Origin: an uncultured Methylomirabilota bacterium
GTDB lineage: Bacteria > Methylomirabilota > Methylomirabilia > Methylomirabilales > 2-02-FULL-66-22
Direction of reading: 5' to 3'
Assembly: GCA_963705305.1 (NCBI GenBank)
Contig: OY970067.1
Coordinates: forward strand, 2,336,001 to 2,400,000
Length of the DNA: 64,000 nt
Position 1 is the stretch's first letter. Each line of letters begins with the position of its first letter. The notes beneath the pieces were generated by a model that saw only the letters and a program-made list of their open reading frames with translations, was not told the DNA's origin and made no database searches. Both the position numbers and the translations under genes were made by a program. Below, piece by piece: positions 49,250 through 58,605 of this stretch.

Positions 49250-49293
49250 CGCCCCTTTGTGCCATGACGATGGCCCATGGGGCGATTTTTTTT
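49250..49293 (+). terminator. Intrinsic terminator
   Basis: CGCCCC..GCCAT-GACG-ATGGC..GGGGCG followed by A and T8. Confidence 0.75.
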
Positions 49294-49480
49294 ATCTGCA
49301 GGCTGGAGGCCAAGCCCCCGGTGCATGGGTGGGCGCGGTCGGGGCTTCCGCGCTTGTGCGGGGCGGCCGTCGCGGGAGATGCGACCGGCCCGGTGGGTGC
49401 GGGGGCCTTGGTCGGCGCCGCCCGATGGCGAGGCGGGCGGGGCTGGCGGCAGGGTTGATGCGGTGAGCGAAGCGGAAGCG

Positions 49481-50662
49481 ATGGACGTGCAGGCTCTTCG
49501 ACAGCGGCTCCGGGAGCTCGAGGCGCAGGTCCAGGCGCAGGGGCGCGAGATCCGTGCCCTGGAGCGGATCGAGGGACTGCAGGATCGCCAGCGGGAACTG
49601 GAGGAGGAGATCCACACCCTGCGGGAGCGGGTAGGGGAGCTGCATACCTTCCTGAACCTGAGCCAGGCCCTGTCCGCCACGCTGAACCTGGACGAGCTCT
49701 TCCGGCTGGCCCTCCACCTCATCGGGCGGTCCCTGCACGTCAACGCATATTCGATGATGCTGCTGGACGAGCGACGGGAGCGCCTGGTGGTCCGGGCGGC
49801 GTTCGGCCTCCCCGAGGTCGAGGGCGAGCCGCCCACCCTTCGATTGGGAGAGGGGATCTCCGGACTGGTGGCCCAGACCGGCCAGGCGATGCTGGTGCCG
49901 GACATCCGCAAGGAGCCGCGCTGCCTGGAGCAGCGGTGGTTCCGGCTGCCCTACGGATCCTTCATCTGTGTGCCGCTGCGGATCAAGGGGACTCAGGTGG
50001 TAGGGGTCCTGAATGCCCAGAAGCCGGATCCTCACGGATTCACCGCAAGCGACCTGGACCTGTTTCAGTCCGTGGCCACCACCGTGGCAGTGGCCCTGGA
50101 GAACGCCCAGCTGTTCCAGCGGACGAAGGAGCTGTCCAGCCGCGACGCCCTCACGGGCCTGTTCAATCGACGCCATTTCCAGGAGACATTGGAAAAAGAG
50201 GTGCAGCGCTCGGCCCGCTACCAGCGCGCATTCTCCCTGCTGATGGTGGATCTGGACGACTTCAAGCAGTACAACGACACCCACGGCCATCTCCAGGGGG
50301 ACGAGGTGCTGAAGTCGCTGGCCGCCCTGCTCCAGCGCACGACGCGCCGGGCGGACATCGTGGCGCGCTTCGGCGGGGAGGAGTTCGTTGTCCTGCTGCC
50401 GGAAATCAACAAGGCGCGGGCGGCCGCGGTGGCGGAGAAGATCCGGGCCGCGGTGGCGGAGCATCCCTTCCCCGGCCGGGAGACCCAGCCGGACGGCCGG
50501 ATCACCGTGACGATCGGAGTGGCGAGCTGCCCGGCAGACGCCAGGGACGCCCTGGTGCTGGTCGATCTGGCGGACCGGGCCATGTACTTGGGCAAAGAAC
50601 AGGGGGGAGACCGCGTCGAGGCTTCACCCGAGCCTCCTCCAAACGGAATGGGCGATCCGTAA
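49481..50662 (+). CDS. GAF-GGDEF diguanylate cyclase with N-terminal coiled coil
   Basis: GEGISGLVA, DALTGLFNRR, DLDDFKQYNDTHGH, I-site RRAD, GGEEF. Confidence 0.95.
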   Translation: MDVQALRQRLRELEAQVQAQGREIRALERIEGLQDRQRELEEEIHTLRERVGELHTFLNLSQALSATLNLDELFRLALHLIGRSLHVNAYSMMLLDERRERLVVRAAFGLPEVEGEPPTLRLGEGISGLVAQTGQAMLVPDIRKEPRCLEQRWFRLPYGSFICVPLRIKGTQVVGVLNAQKPDPHGFTASDLDLFQSVATTVAVALENAQLFQRTKELSSRDALTGLFNRRHFQETLEKEVQRSARYQRAFSLLMVDLDDFKQYNDTHGHLQGDEVLKSLAALLQRTTRRADIVARFGGEEFVVLLPEINKARAAAVAEKIRAAVAEHPFPGRETQPDGRITVTIGVASCPADARDALVLVDLADRAMYLGKEQGGDRVEASPEPPPNGMGDP

Positions 50663-50752
50663 GCGCCCCGGACGGGCCATGGACGGCCCCGCCCAGTTCG
50701 ATTTACGATGGAACACTAGATTCCCGCCAACAGTCTCTCGCAAAGGAGGAGA

Positions 50753-51142
50753 ATGCCAGTGGAAGAGAAGTTGGTGTCCGAACGGCGGCTCGCGCCTCGA
50801 TACCCGGCCGAGCACGAGGCCGAAGGAACATCGCCGAATGGGGGGATCAAGTTCCGGGGGCTCCTCCACGATCTGTCGGCGACCGGATGTCAACTCCTCC
50901 TGGACACACGCCTCCCGCCGGGTGACACCATCGAGCTCCAGTGCGATATCGCCGGAATCGGCGTGTGGCTCCGCGGCGAGGTGGTCTGGAGCAGCCCGAC
51001 CGGTCAGGGGTTCAACCACGGCGTGGTTTTGACCGGGTTCGGCTCGCAGGGGGACTCCCTGTTTTATCGGCTGTATATTCGGCGCATCGCGTCGCGCCAG
51101 ACAGGCTCGCTCGCAAGTTTGGATCGTCCCCGCCCCAATTGA
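50753..51142 (+). CDS. Single-domain PilZ protein
   Basis: RxxxR (ERRLAPR), DxSxxG (DLSATG), GEVVW; AGGAGGAG RBS. Confidence 0.88.
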   Translation: MPVEEKLVSERRLAPRYPAEHEAEGTSPNGGIKFRGLLHDLSATGCQLLLDTRLPPGDTIELQCDIAGIGVWLRGEVVWSSPTGQGFNHGVVLTGFGSQGDSLFYRLYIRRIASRQTGSLASLDRPRPN

Positions 51143-51345
51143 TGGGGAGGGGACCGCGGCGGGACGTGGACCCCTGTCCTCTTCGAGCCGGCCGGGATCC
51201 CCGCCGTCGTCCCCTTTTCTCTCCGCACCCTCCGCACCGTCCGTAGAGCGGACGAGTGCCGGATGGACCGTCAACCCGCCCGGAAGATCCGATCCAGCCG
51301 CTCACGATCCGCCTCCGGCAGGTCCGGAGGCCGCCGGGAAACGCT

Positions 51346-51374
51346 TTGACATTCCATCCTACGCCTCCTAGACT
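51346..51374 (+). promoter_or_regulatory. Putative sigma-70 promoter of the AAA+/vWA/tld cluster
   Basis: TTGACA-17 nt-TAGACT. Confidence 0.6.
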
Positions 51375-51466
51375 CGACCTGAAGCGGACCCCGGTCCGGC
51401 GGTTTCTGCGAGCGGCCCTCGAGCACCGGCGAGGGCTCTCGGTGTCTTTGGGGAGGGAAAAAGCGC

Positions 51467-52972
51467 ATGGTGAAGGGTAAATTGGAGCTGCGCCCGAAAA
51501 CGCTGGGAGAGCTCAGGCAGAGCGGATGGGGGCCGGGCCGGATGGCCGAACGCTCTGTTCGGGACGAGATGCGGGAGAACCTGCTCGGCAAGCTGGAGCG
51601 GGAAGAGTCCCTCTTTCCCGGGATCATCGGCTACGAGGATACGGTCGTCCCGCAGCTGGTCAACGCCGTCCTGTCGCGCCACCACATGGTCCTTCTGGGG
51701 CTGCGCGGGCAGGCCAAGAGCCGCATTCTGCGCAGCCTGGTGTCGCTGCTGGACGAGGACATCCCCGTGATCGCGGGCTGCGAGATCAACGACAACCCGT
51801 ACGTCCCGCTCTGCCGCGCCTGCCGGGAGCGAACGGCGGAGGAGGGAGATGGCACCCCCATCGCGTGGCTGCCCCGCGATCTCCGCTACGTGGAAAAGCT
51901 GGCCACCCCCGACGTCACCATCGCCGACATCATCGGCGACGTGGACCCCATCCGGGCCGCCCGGGGCGGCCTGGATCTCTCCAACGAGCTGACCATCCAC
52001 TACGGGCTGCTGCCCCGCGCCAACCGGGGGATCTTCGCCATCAACGAGCTGCCGGACCTGGCCGGGAAGATCCAGGTGGGCCTCTTCAACATCATGCAAG
52101 AGGGGGATGTCCAGATCAAAGGCTACCCCGTGCGATTGAAGTTGGACGTGGCTCTGGTGTTTTCGGCCAACCCCGAGGATTACACGGCGCGCGGGAAGAT
52201 CATCACGCCGCTGAAGGACCGCATCGGCTCCGAGATCCGGACCCACTATCCGGTCGACCTCGCCCAGGGGGTCGCCATCACGGCGCAGGAGGCCTGGATC
52301 CGGCGGCATCCCGACGGCCGGGCAGTCATCCCGGAGTTCATCCAGGAGGTGGTCGAGCAGGTGGCGTTCGCCGCGCGCGAGAGCAAGCATATCGACCGGC
52401 GCTCGGGCGTCAGCCAGCGCCTGCCCATCTCCTGTTTGGAGAACGTCGTGAGCAGCGCCGAGCGGCGCGCGGTGACGAACCGCGAGACCCGCATCGTCCC
52501 GCGGCCGTGCGACGTGTTCGCGGCCATGCCGTCCATCACGGGAAAGCTGGAGCTGGAGTACGAGGGGGAGATGAAGGGGGGCGAGGTCATCGCCAAGGCA
52601 TTGATCAAAGAGGCCATCGGCCGCGTGTTCGGCGCCCGGCTGGGCGGGGCCCCCGTCCGGGAGACGGTGGAGTGGTTCGACGCCGGCGGGGCGGTGAAGA
52701 TCGCGGACATGACCCCCGCCAAGGAGGCCCTGCGCTTCTTCGCGCAGGTCCCCGGCCTGGTGGAGATGACGGCGCTCCTGGGCGTTCCCGAGCGGGCCGA
52801 TCCCGCGCTCACGGTCTCGGCCTGCGAGTTCATCCTGGAAGGGCTGCACGTCCAGCAGAAGATCGACCGGACGGAGCAGCGGGGATTCGTCGGCACCCCC
52901 AAGGTGGAGCGGAAGCCGCAGGACGACATGCGAACCGGTCCCCCGGGGGGGCGGCGGAGGAGCTTCAACTAA
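51467..52972 (+). CDS. AAA+ ATPase (Mg-chelatase/MoxR-related)
   Basis: GLRGQAKS, EKLATPD, RANRGIFAINELPDL, SANPEDYT, PLKDR. Confidence 0.88.
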   Translation: MVKGKLELRPKTLGELRQSGWGPGRMAERSVRDEMRENLLGKLEREESLFPGIIGYEDTVVPQLVNAVLSRHHMVLLGLRGQAKSRILRSLVSLLDEDIPVIAGCEINDNPYVPLCRACRERTAEEGDGTPIAWLPRDLRYVEKLATPDVTIADIIGDVDPIRAARGGLDLSNELTIHYGLLPRANRGIFAINELPDLAGKIQVGLFNIMQEGDVQIKGYPVRLKLDVALVFSANPEDYTARGKIITPLKDRIGSEIRTHYPVDLAQGVAITAQEAWIRRHPDGRAVIPEFIQEVVEQVAFAARESKHIDRRSGVSQRLPISCLENVVSSAERRAVTNRETRIVPRPCDVFAAMPSITGKLELEYEGEMKGGEVIAKALIKEAIGRVFGARLGGAPVRETVEWFDAGGAVKIADMTPAKEALRFFAQVPGLVEMTALLGVPERADPALTVSACEFILEGLHVQQKIDRTEQRGFVGTPKVERKPQDDMRTGPPGGRRRSFN

Positions 52973-52977
52973 AGAGA

Positions 52978-53016
52978 CAGCTGTCAGCCATCAGCAGTCA
53001 GCTTTCAGCCGTCAGC
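52978..53016 (+). repeat. Heptamer tandem array (CAGCNNT)x5
   Basis: CAGCTGT-CAGCCAT-CAGCAGT-CAGCTTT-CAGCCGT-CAGC between AAA+ and vWA genes. Confidence 0.8.
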
Positions 53017-53037
53017 GGAGAGCGGGGGCGGAGTCGG

Positions 53038-54309
53038 GTGCGGGTCACACGCTACAGCCAGTACACCGGTCGGTGGTGGGACGATCTGAGCCTGGAGGAT
53101 CTGCTGGGCGAGCTGGGCGATTTCCTCCTCCAGAGCGGCTTTCGCCAGCAGTTCCTGCAGGAGTACTTCGACTTCGACGAGGCGAACTCGGATCAGACCC
53201 TCCAGTCGCTGTACCAGGCCATCCTGCAGGCGCTGGCAGAGGGGGGACATATCCGCTCCGAGGACGTCCAGGACTGGCTGGACGGGGAGGAGGCCGAGTC
53301 CGCCAAGCAGCTCGACCAGATCCTGAAGGCGCTCGTGGAGCGGATGCTCCAGGAAGGATACATCAGCCTCCCCGGCCGGGAGGCCGGGCGGACACCGCAG
53401 GATCCGCAGGGATTCGTGGGGGGGTCGGGGACGGACACCGGCCAGGTGAAGTTCGAGTTGACCAACAAGGCCACCGACTTCCTGGGGTATCGCACCCTGC
53501 GCGATCTGCTCTCCTCCTTGGGCCGCAGCAGCGTCGGCCGCCACGACACCCACGAGCTGTCTACCGGCGTCGAGGCGTCCGAGGCCCCCAAGCGCTACGA
53601 GTTCGGAGACACCCTCAACCTGGACATTCCCGGCACGCTGCTGCATGCGATCCGGCGCGAGGGCCTGACGAGTCCGCTTCCCCTGGAATACGACGATCTC
53701 CTGGTGCACCAATCCGAGTACCAGAGCTCCTGCGCCACCGTGCTCATGCTGGACTGCAGCCACAGCATGATCCTGTACGGCGAGGACCGCTTCACGCCGG
53801 CGAAGCGCGTGGCCCTGGCCCTGGCCCATCTGATCCGCACCCAGTATCCGGGCGACACCCTCAACGTCGTGCTCTTCCACGACAGCGCCGAGGAGGTGCC
53901 GGTCGGCCGGCTGGCCCGGGTGATGGTGGGGCCGTACCATACCAACACCCAGGAGGGGCTGCGTCTGGCTCGCCGCATCCTGGGCCGGCAGCGGAAGGAC
54001 ATGCGGCAGATCATCATGATCACGGACGGCAAGCCTTCGGCCGTGACGCTGCCCGATGGGCGGATCTACAAGAACTCCATGGGGCTGGATCCGTGGATCC
54101 TGCAGCAGACCTTCGCGGAAGTGGCGAACTGCCGCCGCTCGGAAATCCTGATCAACACCTTCATGCTGGCCCGGGACTACGATCTGGTCGGGTTCGTGCA
54201 GCAGGTGACCGAGATGTGCCGCGGGAAGGCCTACTTCACCACCCCCATGACCCTGGGGCACTACCTCCTGATGGACTACATGAAGAAGAAGGTGCGGACC
54301 GTCCACTGA
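53038..54309 (+). CDS. vWA domain protein
   Basis: MIDAS DCSHS, TNTQEGL, MITDGKP; GTG start at VRVTRYS. Confidence 0.88.
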   Translation: MRVTRYSQYTGRWWDDLSLEDLLGELGDFLLQSGFRQQFLQEYFDFDEANSDQTLQSLYQAILQALAEGGHIRSEDVQDWLDGEEAESAKQLDQILKALVERMLQEGYISLPGREAGRTPQDPQGFVGGSGTDTGQVKFELTNKATDFLGYRTLRDLLSSLGRSSVGRHDTHELSTGVEASEAPKRYEFGDTLNLDIPGTLLHAIRREGLTSPLPLEYDDLLVHQSEYQSSCATVLMLDCSHSMILYGEDRFTPAKRVALALAHLIRTQYPGDTLNVVLFHDSAEEVPVGRLARVMVGPYHTNTQEGLRLARRILGRQRKDMRQIIMITDGKPSAVTLPDGRIYKNSMGLDPWILQQTFAEVANCRRSEILINTFMLARDYDLVGFVQQVTEMCRGKAYFTTPMTLGHYLLMDYMKKKVRTVH

Positions 54310-54346
54310 CGGCAGGCTGCGCCCTCCTCGACAAGGCGATCTGCCC

Positions 54347-55807
54347 ATGACCACCGCAATCGGGCGTCCCGAGCAGTTCTTCCTGGAAAAGTTCGACCTG
54401 ACGTCGCAAACGCTGGAGCGCACCCTGGGGACGCTCCTCGGGAAGCGCATCGACGGCGCCGACCTCTTCTTCGAGTACCGGGCGGCGGAGGAGATCGGCC
54501 TGGAGGAGGGCATCGTCAAACAGGCGGCCCGGCACGTGAGCCAGGGAGTCGGCGTGCGCGCCATGGCGGAGGAGAAGACCGGCTACGCCTACTCGGACGA
54601 GATCACGGCGGCCCAGCTGCTGCTGGCGGCGGAGCGCGCGCGGTATATCGCCGCGGATTCGGCCCGGTCGGGACGGGTGGCCGTCCGCCAGGCCGGCGGC
54701 TCGCCCCATAACCTGTACCCCGTCCGGACTGCCCCCACGGACGTTCCCCTTCAGGCCAAGATCGACCTCCTGCACGCGGTCGACCGCGCCGCGCGGGCTT
54801 TCGATCCCCGGATCAAGAAAGTGATGGCCTCGATCTCCACCACCATGAAGCTGGTCCTGATGGTCGACTCCAACGGGCGGATCGTGGGGGATGCGAGGCC
54901 GCTGCACCGGCTGCAGATCACCTGCATCGCCGAGGGCGGCCGCGACGGCTCGAGGGCCCGCCAGGTCGGGAGCTTCGGCGGCGGCGGCCGCCAGGAGTAC
55001 GAAGCCCTGCTGGACGGGGAGCGCTTCATCCGGTTTGCACGCGAGGCGGCCCGGCAAGCCATCGTCAATCTGGACGCGGTGGAGGCGCCGGCCGGCACGA
55101 TGGATGTCGTCCTGGGGCCCGGCTGGCCCGGCATCCTGCTGCACGAGGCGGTGGGCCACGGGTTGGAGGGGGACTTCAACCGCAAGGGGACCTCGGCCTT
55201 CTCCGGGCGGCTGGGCCAGCGCGTGGCCTCCCCGCTCTGCACCGTGGTGGACGACGGCACCCTTCCCGGCCGCCGCGGGTCCTTGAACGTGGATGACGAG
55301 GGCACGCCGACCCAACGGACCGTCCTGATCGAGCGGGGCATCCTCCGGGGGTACCTGCAGGACCGCCTGAACGCCCGGCTCATGCGGGCGGCGTCGACGG
55401 GCAACGGCCGCCGGGAGAGTTACGCGCATCCCCCCTTGCCCCGCATGACCAATACCTTCATGCTGGCGGGGCCGCACGAGCCCGAGGAGATCATCCGCGC
55501 GGTCCCCCGCGGGCTCTATGCCGTCGCCTTCGGCGGCGGCCAAGTGGACATCACCAGCGGGAAGTTCGTCTTCTCCGCCAGCGAAGCGTATCTCATCGAA
55601 GAGGGCAGGGTCGGCCGTCCCGTCAGGGGGGCCACCCTCATCGGCGACGGTCCGGATGCGCTCACCCGGGTGGCGATGGTGGGAAACGATCTCCGCCTGG
55701 ACGAGGGAATCGGAACCTGCGGAAAGGACGGGCAGTCGGTGCCGGTCGGGGTCGGGCTGCCCACCATCCTGATCCGGGGGATGACGGTCGGGGGCACGCA
55801 GAGCTGA
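54347..55807 (+). CDS. tldD: Metalloprotease TldD
   Basis: GVGVRA, LGPGWPGILLHEAVGHGLEGDFNRKG, PRMTNT, GTCGKDGQSVPVGVG. Confidence 0.96.
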   Translation: MTTAIGRPEQFFLEKFDLTSQTLERTLGTLLGKRIDGADLFFEYRAAEEIGLEEGIVKQAARHVSQGVGVRAMAEEKTGYAYSDEITAAQLLLAAERARYIAADSARSGRVAVRQAGGSPHNLYPVRTAPTDVPLQAKIDLLHAVDRAARAFDPRIKKVMASISTTMKLVLMVDSNGRIVGDARPLHRLQITCIAEGGRDGSRARQVGSFGGGGRQEYEALLDGERFIRFAREAARQAIVNLDAVEAPAGTMDVVLGPGWPGILLHEAVGHGLEGDFNRKGTSAFSGRLGQRVASPLCTVVDDGTLPGRRGSLNVDDEGTPTQRTVLIERGILRGYLQDRLNARLMRAASTGNGRRESYAHPPLPRMTNTFMLAGPHEPEEIIRAVPRGLYAVAFGGGQVDITSGKFVFSASEAYLIEEGRVGRPVRGATLIGDGPDALTRVAMVGNDLRLDEGIGTCGKDGQSVPVGVGLPTILIRGMTVGGTQS

Positions 55808-55839
55808 CGGGCCGAGGGGCGGGGGAGCAGGGGCGATCC

Positions 55840-57185
55840 ATGGACTATCTGGAGCTGGCGCACAGGGTGGTGCGGGACGCCGTCGCAGGCGGGGCGGACG
55901 CGGCCGAGGCGATCCTGATGGAGGACGAGTCCTTTTCGGTCCAGGTCCGGATGCGCGGCGTGGACACGGTGAGGAGCGCCCGCGAGAAGCGCCTGGGGGT
56001 GCGCCTCGCGGTCGGGCAGCGCATGGCCAGCGCCTCGAACGTCGGACCTGGCGCGGGATACCCTGAAGCGCCTCGTGGAGGAGACGATCGGCGTGGCCCG
56101 GGCGACGGCCGAGGATCCCTGCGCGGGCCTGCCGGAGGCGGGGAGCTTTGCCGGCGAGCTTCCGGACCTGGCGCTCTGGGACGGCGCCGCCGCGGCCCTC
56201 CCTTTACCCGACCGGATCGGGATGGCCGAGCGGGCGGAGGCGGCGGCGCTGGACTTCGATCCGCGCATCAGCAACTCCGAGGGAGCCGAGTACAGCCACT
56301 CGGAACGTCCGCGTCATCCTGGCGAACAGCCGCGGGTTCGGGGGCGAGTACCGAACCTCGTCCGTGATGCTGTCGGTATCGCCGGTCGCGCGCCAGAACG
56401 GGCGGATGCAGCGGGATGGCTGGTACTCTGTGGGCAGGCGCCTGCAGGGGCTGGAGCCTCCCGAGGCCGTCGGGACGACCGCGGCCCGTCGGACGCTGCG
56501 GCGGCTGGGCGCGCGCAAGGTGCCGACTCAGCATGTGCCGGTGGTCTTCGACCCCGACATGGCGGCCAGCCTGCTGCGCAGCATATGCGCCGCCGTGTCG
56601 GGTCCCGCCCTCTACCGGGACGCGTCATTCCTGGCGGGGAAGCTAGGCCAGACCGTAGCGGCACCGAGCCTCACGGTCGTGGATGACGGCCGCATGGCCG
56701 GCGGCCTGGGATCCAAGCCGTTCGACGGCGAGGGCCAGGCCACGCGGCGCACGGTCGTGATCCAGGACGGGCGCCTCGCCAGCTATCTGTTGAACACGTA
56801 CACCGGACGGAAGCTGGGATTGGCCTCGACGGGCAACGCCCTTCGATCGCTCGGTCAGCAGCCCACCGTCGGGCCCACGAACTTCTACATCCCGCCAGGG
56901 CCCACCCCGCCCGAGGAGATCATCCGATCGGTGGATCAGGGGCTGTACCTGACCGAGATGATCGGCTTCGGCGTGAACCTGGTGACGGGCGACTACTCCC
57001 GGGGGGCGGCCGGCATCTGGATCGACGGCGGGGAGCTGGCCTATCCGGTGGAGGAGGTCACCATCGCCGGCAGGCTGCCCGAGATGCTCTGCGACATCGA
57101 GATGGTCGGCAGCGATCTCACCTGGCATGGCTCGGTCGCCGCGCCGACCCTGAAAATCGGAAGCATGACGGTCGCCGGCGTCTAA
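55840..57185 (+). pseudogene. pmbA: TldE/PmbA, interrupted by two +1 frameshifts (about 56038 and 56304); may be sequencing error
   Basis: Three consecutive frames give GADAAEA...ASAS / TSDL...DPRISNSEGA / VILANSRGF...PFDGEG, STGNA, GVNLVTGDYSRGA; removing 2 nt yields 447 aa. Confidence 0.9.
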
Positions 57186-57198
57186 GGCGGCTCAGTCT

Positions 57199-57286
57199 GA
57201 AATGTAAAACTGACAATGCAAAACCGACAACCGGGCGCTCCCTCCAGTTGTCCGGTTTTCCATTGTCGGTGGTCGGTTTTCAATTG
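57199..57286. repeat. Inverted pair of heptamer arrays (AMAAYNN type)
   Basis: AAAACTG-ACAATGC-AAAACCG-ACAACCG then CAGTTGT..CGGTTTT-CCATTGT-CGGTGGT-CGGTTTT. Confidence 0.75.
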
Positions 57287-57298
57287 AGGAGGTGTTCC

Positions 57299-57649
57299 AT
57301 GATTGTCGTGTCAAACCGCATCCCGGTGGCCAAAGGTCAGGAGGCGGCCTTCGAGCAGCGATTCCAGCATCGGGCCGGGCTGGTGGAGAACCACCCCGGC
57401 TTCATCCGCCTGGAGATCCTCCGGCCGAAGATGCTGCCCATGCACGGACAGGTCCTCGGCGGCTCCGACTACTACGTGGTCCTGACCACGTGGGAGGATG
57501 AAGAGGCCTTCCTCGCCTGGACCGAGAGCGAGGATTTCCGCCGCGCCCACGCCGATCGGCCGCCCAAGGAGATGTTTGCCGGCCCCAACGTCTTCGAGAT
57601 GCATGAGGTGATCCAATTCGCCGGCGCCCCGCGGGCCGCCCGAGGGTGA
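57299..57649 (+). CDS. Antibiotic biosynthesis monooxygenase family protein, IsdG/MhuD-like
   Basis: MIVVSNRI, FEQRF, PGFI, WEDEEAFLAWTESEDFRRAH; GAGGAGG RBS. Confidence 0.88.
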   Translation: MIVVSNRIPVAKGQEAAFEQRFQHRAGLVENHPGFIRLEILRPKMLPMHGQVLGGSDYYVVLTTWEDEEAFLAWTESEDFRRAHADRPPKEMFAGPNVFEMHEVIQFAGAPRAARG

Positions 57650-57686
57650 ACCCGGATCCCGTCGTTCGGTCGCCGACCGCCCCGCC

Positions 57687-57715
57687 TTGACAGCGGTTCG
57701 GCCTGCCTCTACTCT
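57687..57715 (+). promoter_or_regulatory. Putative sigma-70 promoter of modABC
   Basis: TTGACA-17 nt-TACTCT. Confidence 0.55.
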
Positions 57716-57777
57716 CAGGGTGTTCCCCTGCCCCGCTCGACCGAAGACGATCCCCCTGGCGGGAAAGGGATGTCCGG

Positions 57778-58605
57778 ATGCGCCTCCGCCGTGCTCCGAT
57801 CCGCCGCCGTGCGCCGCGTACCCAGACGACCATCCGCCGGCTGGCGTTCGCCGTGCTGGCCGGCCTGCTGGCCAGCGGGGCGGCCGCGCCGGCGTCCGCC
57901 CAGGAGCTCACCGTGTCCGCCGCCATCAGCCTGAAGGACGCCGTGGCGGAGATCGGGCGCGCGTTCGAGCAGGCCCATCCCGGCGTGGTCCTCCGCTACA
58001 ATTTCGCCTCCTCGGGGGCGCTCCAGAGCCAGATCGAGGCCGGCGCACCGGTGGATCTGTTCCTCTCCGCCGGCCAGGCGCAGATGGACGCCTTGGAGAA
58101 GCGGGGGCTGATCCTGCCCGCGACGCGCCGGGTTTTTGCGGAGAACGTCCTGGTCGCCATCGTGCCGGCGGGTTCACGCCTGATCCCGGCCGGGCCGCGC
58201 GATCTCACGCAAGCGGCCGTGGGGCGAATCGCCGTGGGCGATCCCCGGACGGTCCCGGCGGGGCAATATGCGGAGGAGTGCCTCAGGACGCTCGGCCTCT
58301 GGGATCGCCTGCGCCCCAAGCTCATCTTCGGTGAGAACGTCCGGCAGGTGTTGGAATACGTGGCGCGCGGCGAGGTGGAGGTCGGTTTCGTGTACGCGAC
58401 CGATCTGGCGGTCCGGAAGGACCAAGTGCGCGAGGCCTTCCGCCCCCCCCGGGACAGCTACCGGCCCGTCCAGTATCCCGGGGCCGTCATCTCCGGATCG
58501 AGGCACGCCGCCCTGGCCGAAGCCTTCCTCCGACTGCTCCTCGCGCCGGCGGGGCAGGCGATCCTGGTCCGCGACGGGTTTGGATCGCCGGGGGATATCC
58601 GGTGA
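57778..58605 (+). CDS. modA: Molybdate ABC transporter substrate-binding protein
   Basis: VSAAISL, FASSGAL, IEAGAPVDLFLSA, VPAGQYA, ENVRQVL, VYATD. Confidence 0.93.
   Translation: MRLRRAPIRRRAPRTQTTIRRLAFAVLAGLLASGAAAPASAQELTVSAAISLKDAVAEIGRAFEQAHPGVVLRYNFASSGALQSQIEAGAPVDLFLSAGQAQMDALEKRGLILPATRRVFAENVLVAIVPAGSRLIPAGPRDLTQAAVGRIAVGDPRTVPAGQYAEECLRTLGLWDRLRPKLIFGENVRQVLEYVARGEVEVGFVYATDLAVRKDQVREAFRPPRDSYRPVQYPGAVISGSRHAALAEAFLRLLLAPAGQAILVRDGFGSPGDIR

Noticed and set aside
51526..54309. 927-aa ORF as one giant vWA protein
   Set aside because: First ~500 codons overlap the AAA+ gene in another frame and look non-coding; vWA homology starts at about 53038.
57650..57777. Moco riboswitch or ModE box before modA
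   Set aside because: Only ~60 nt lie between the predicted promoter and start, and no recognisable motif is present.
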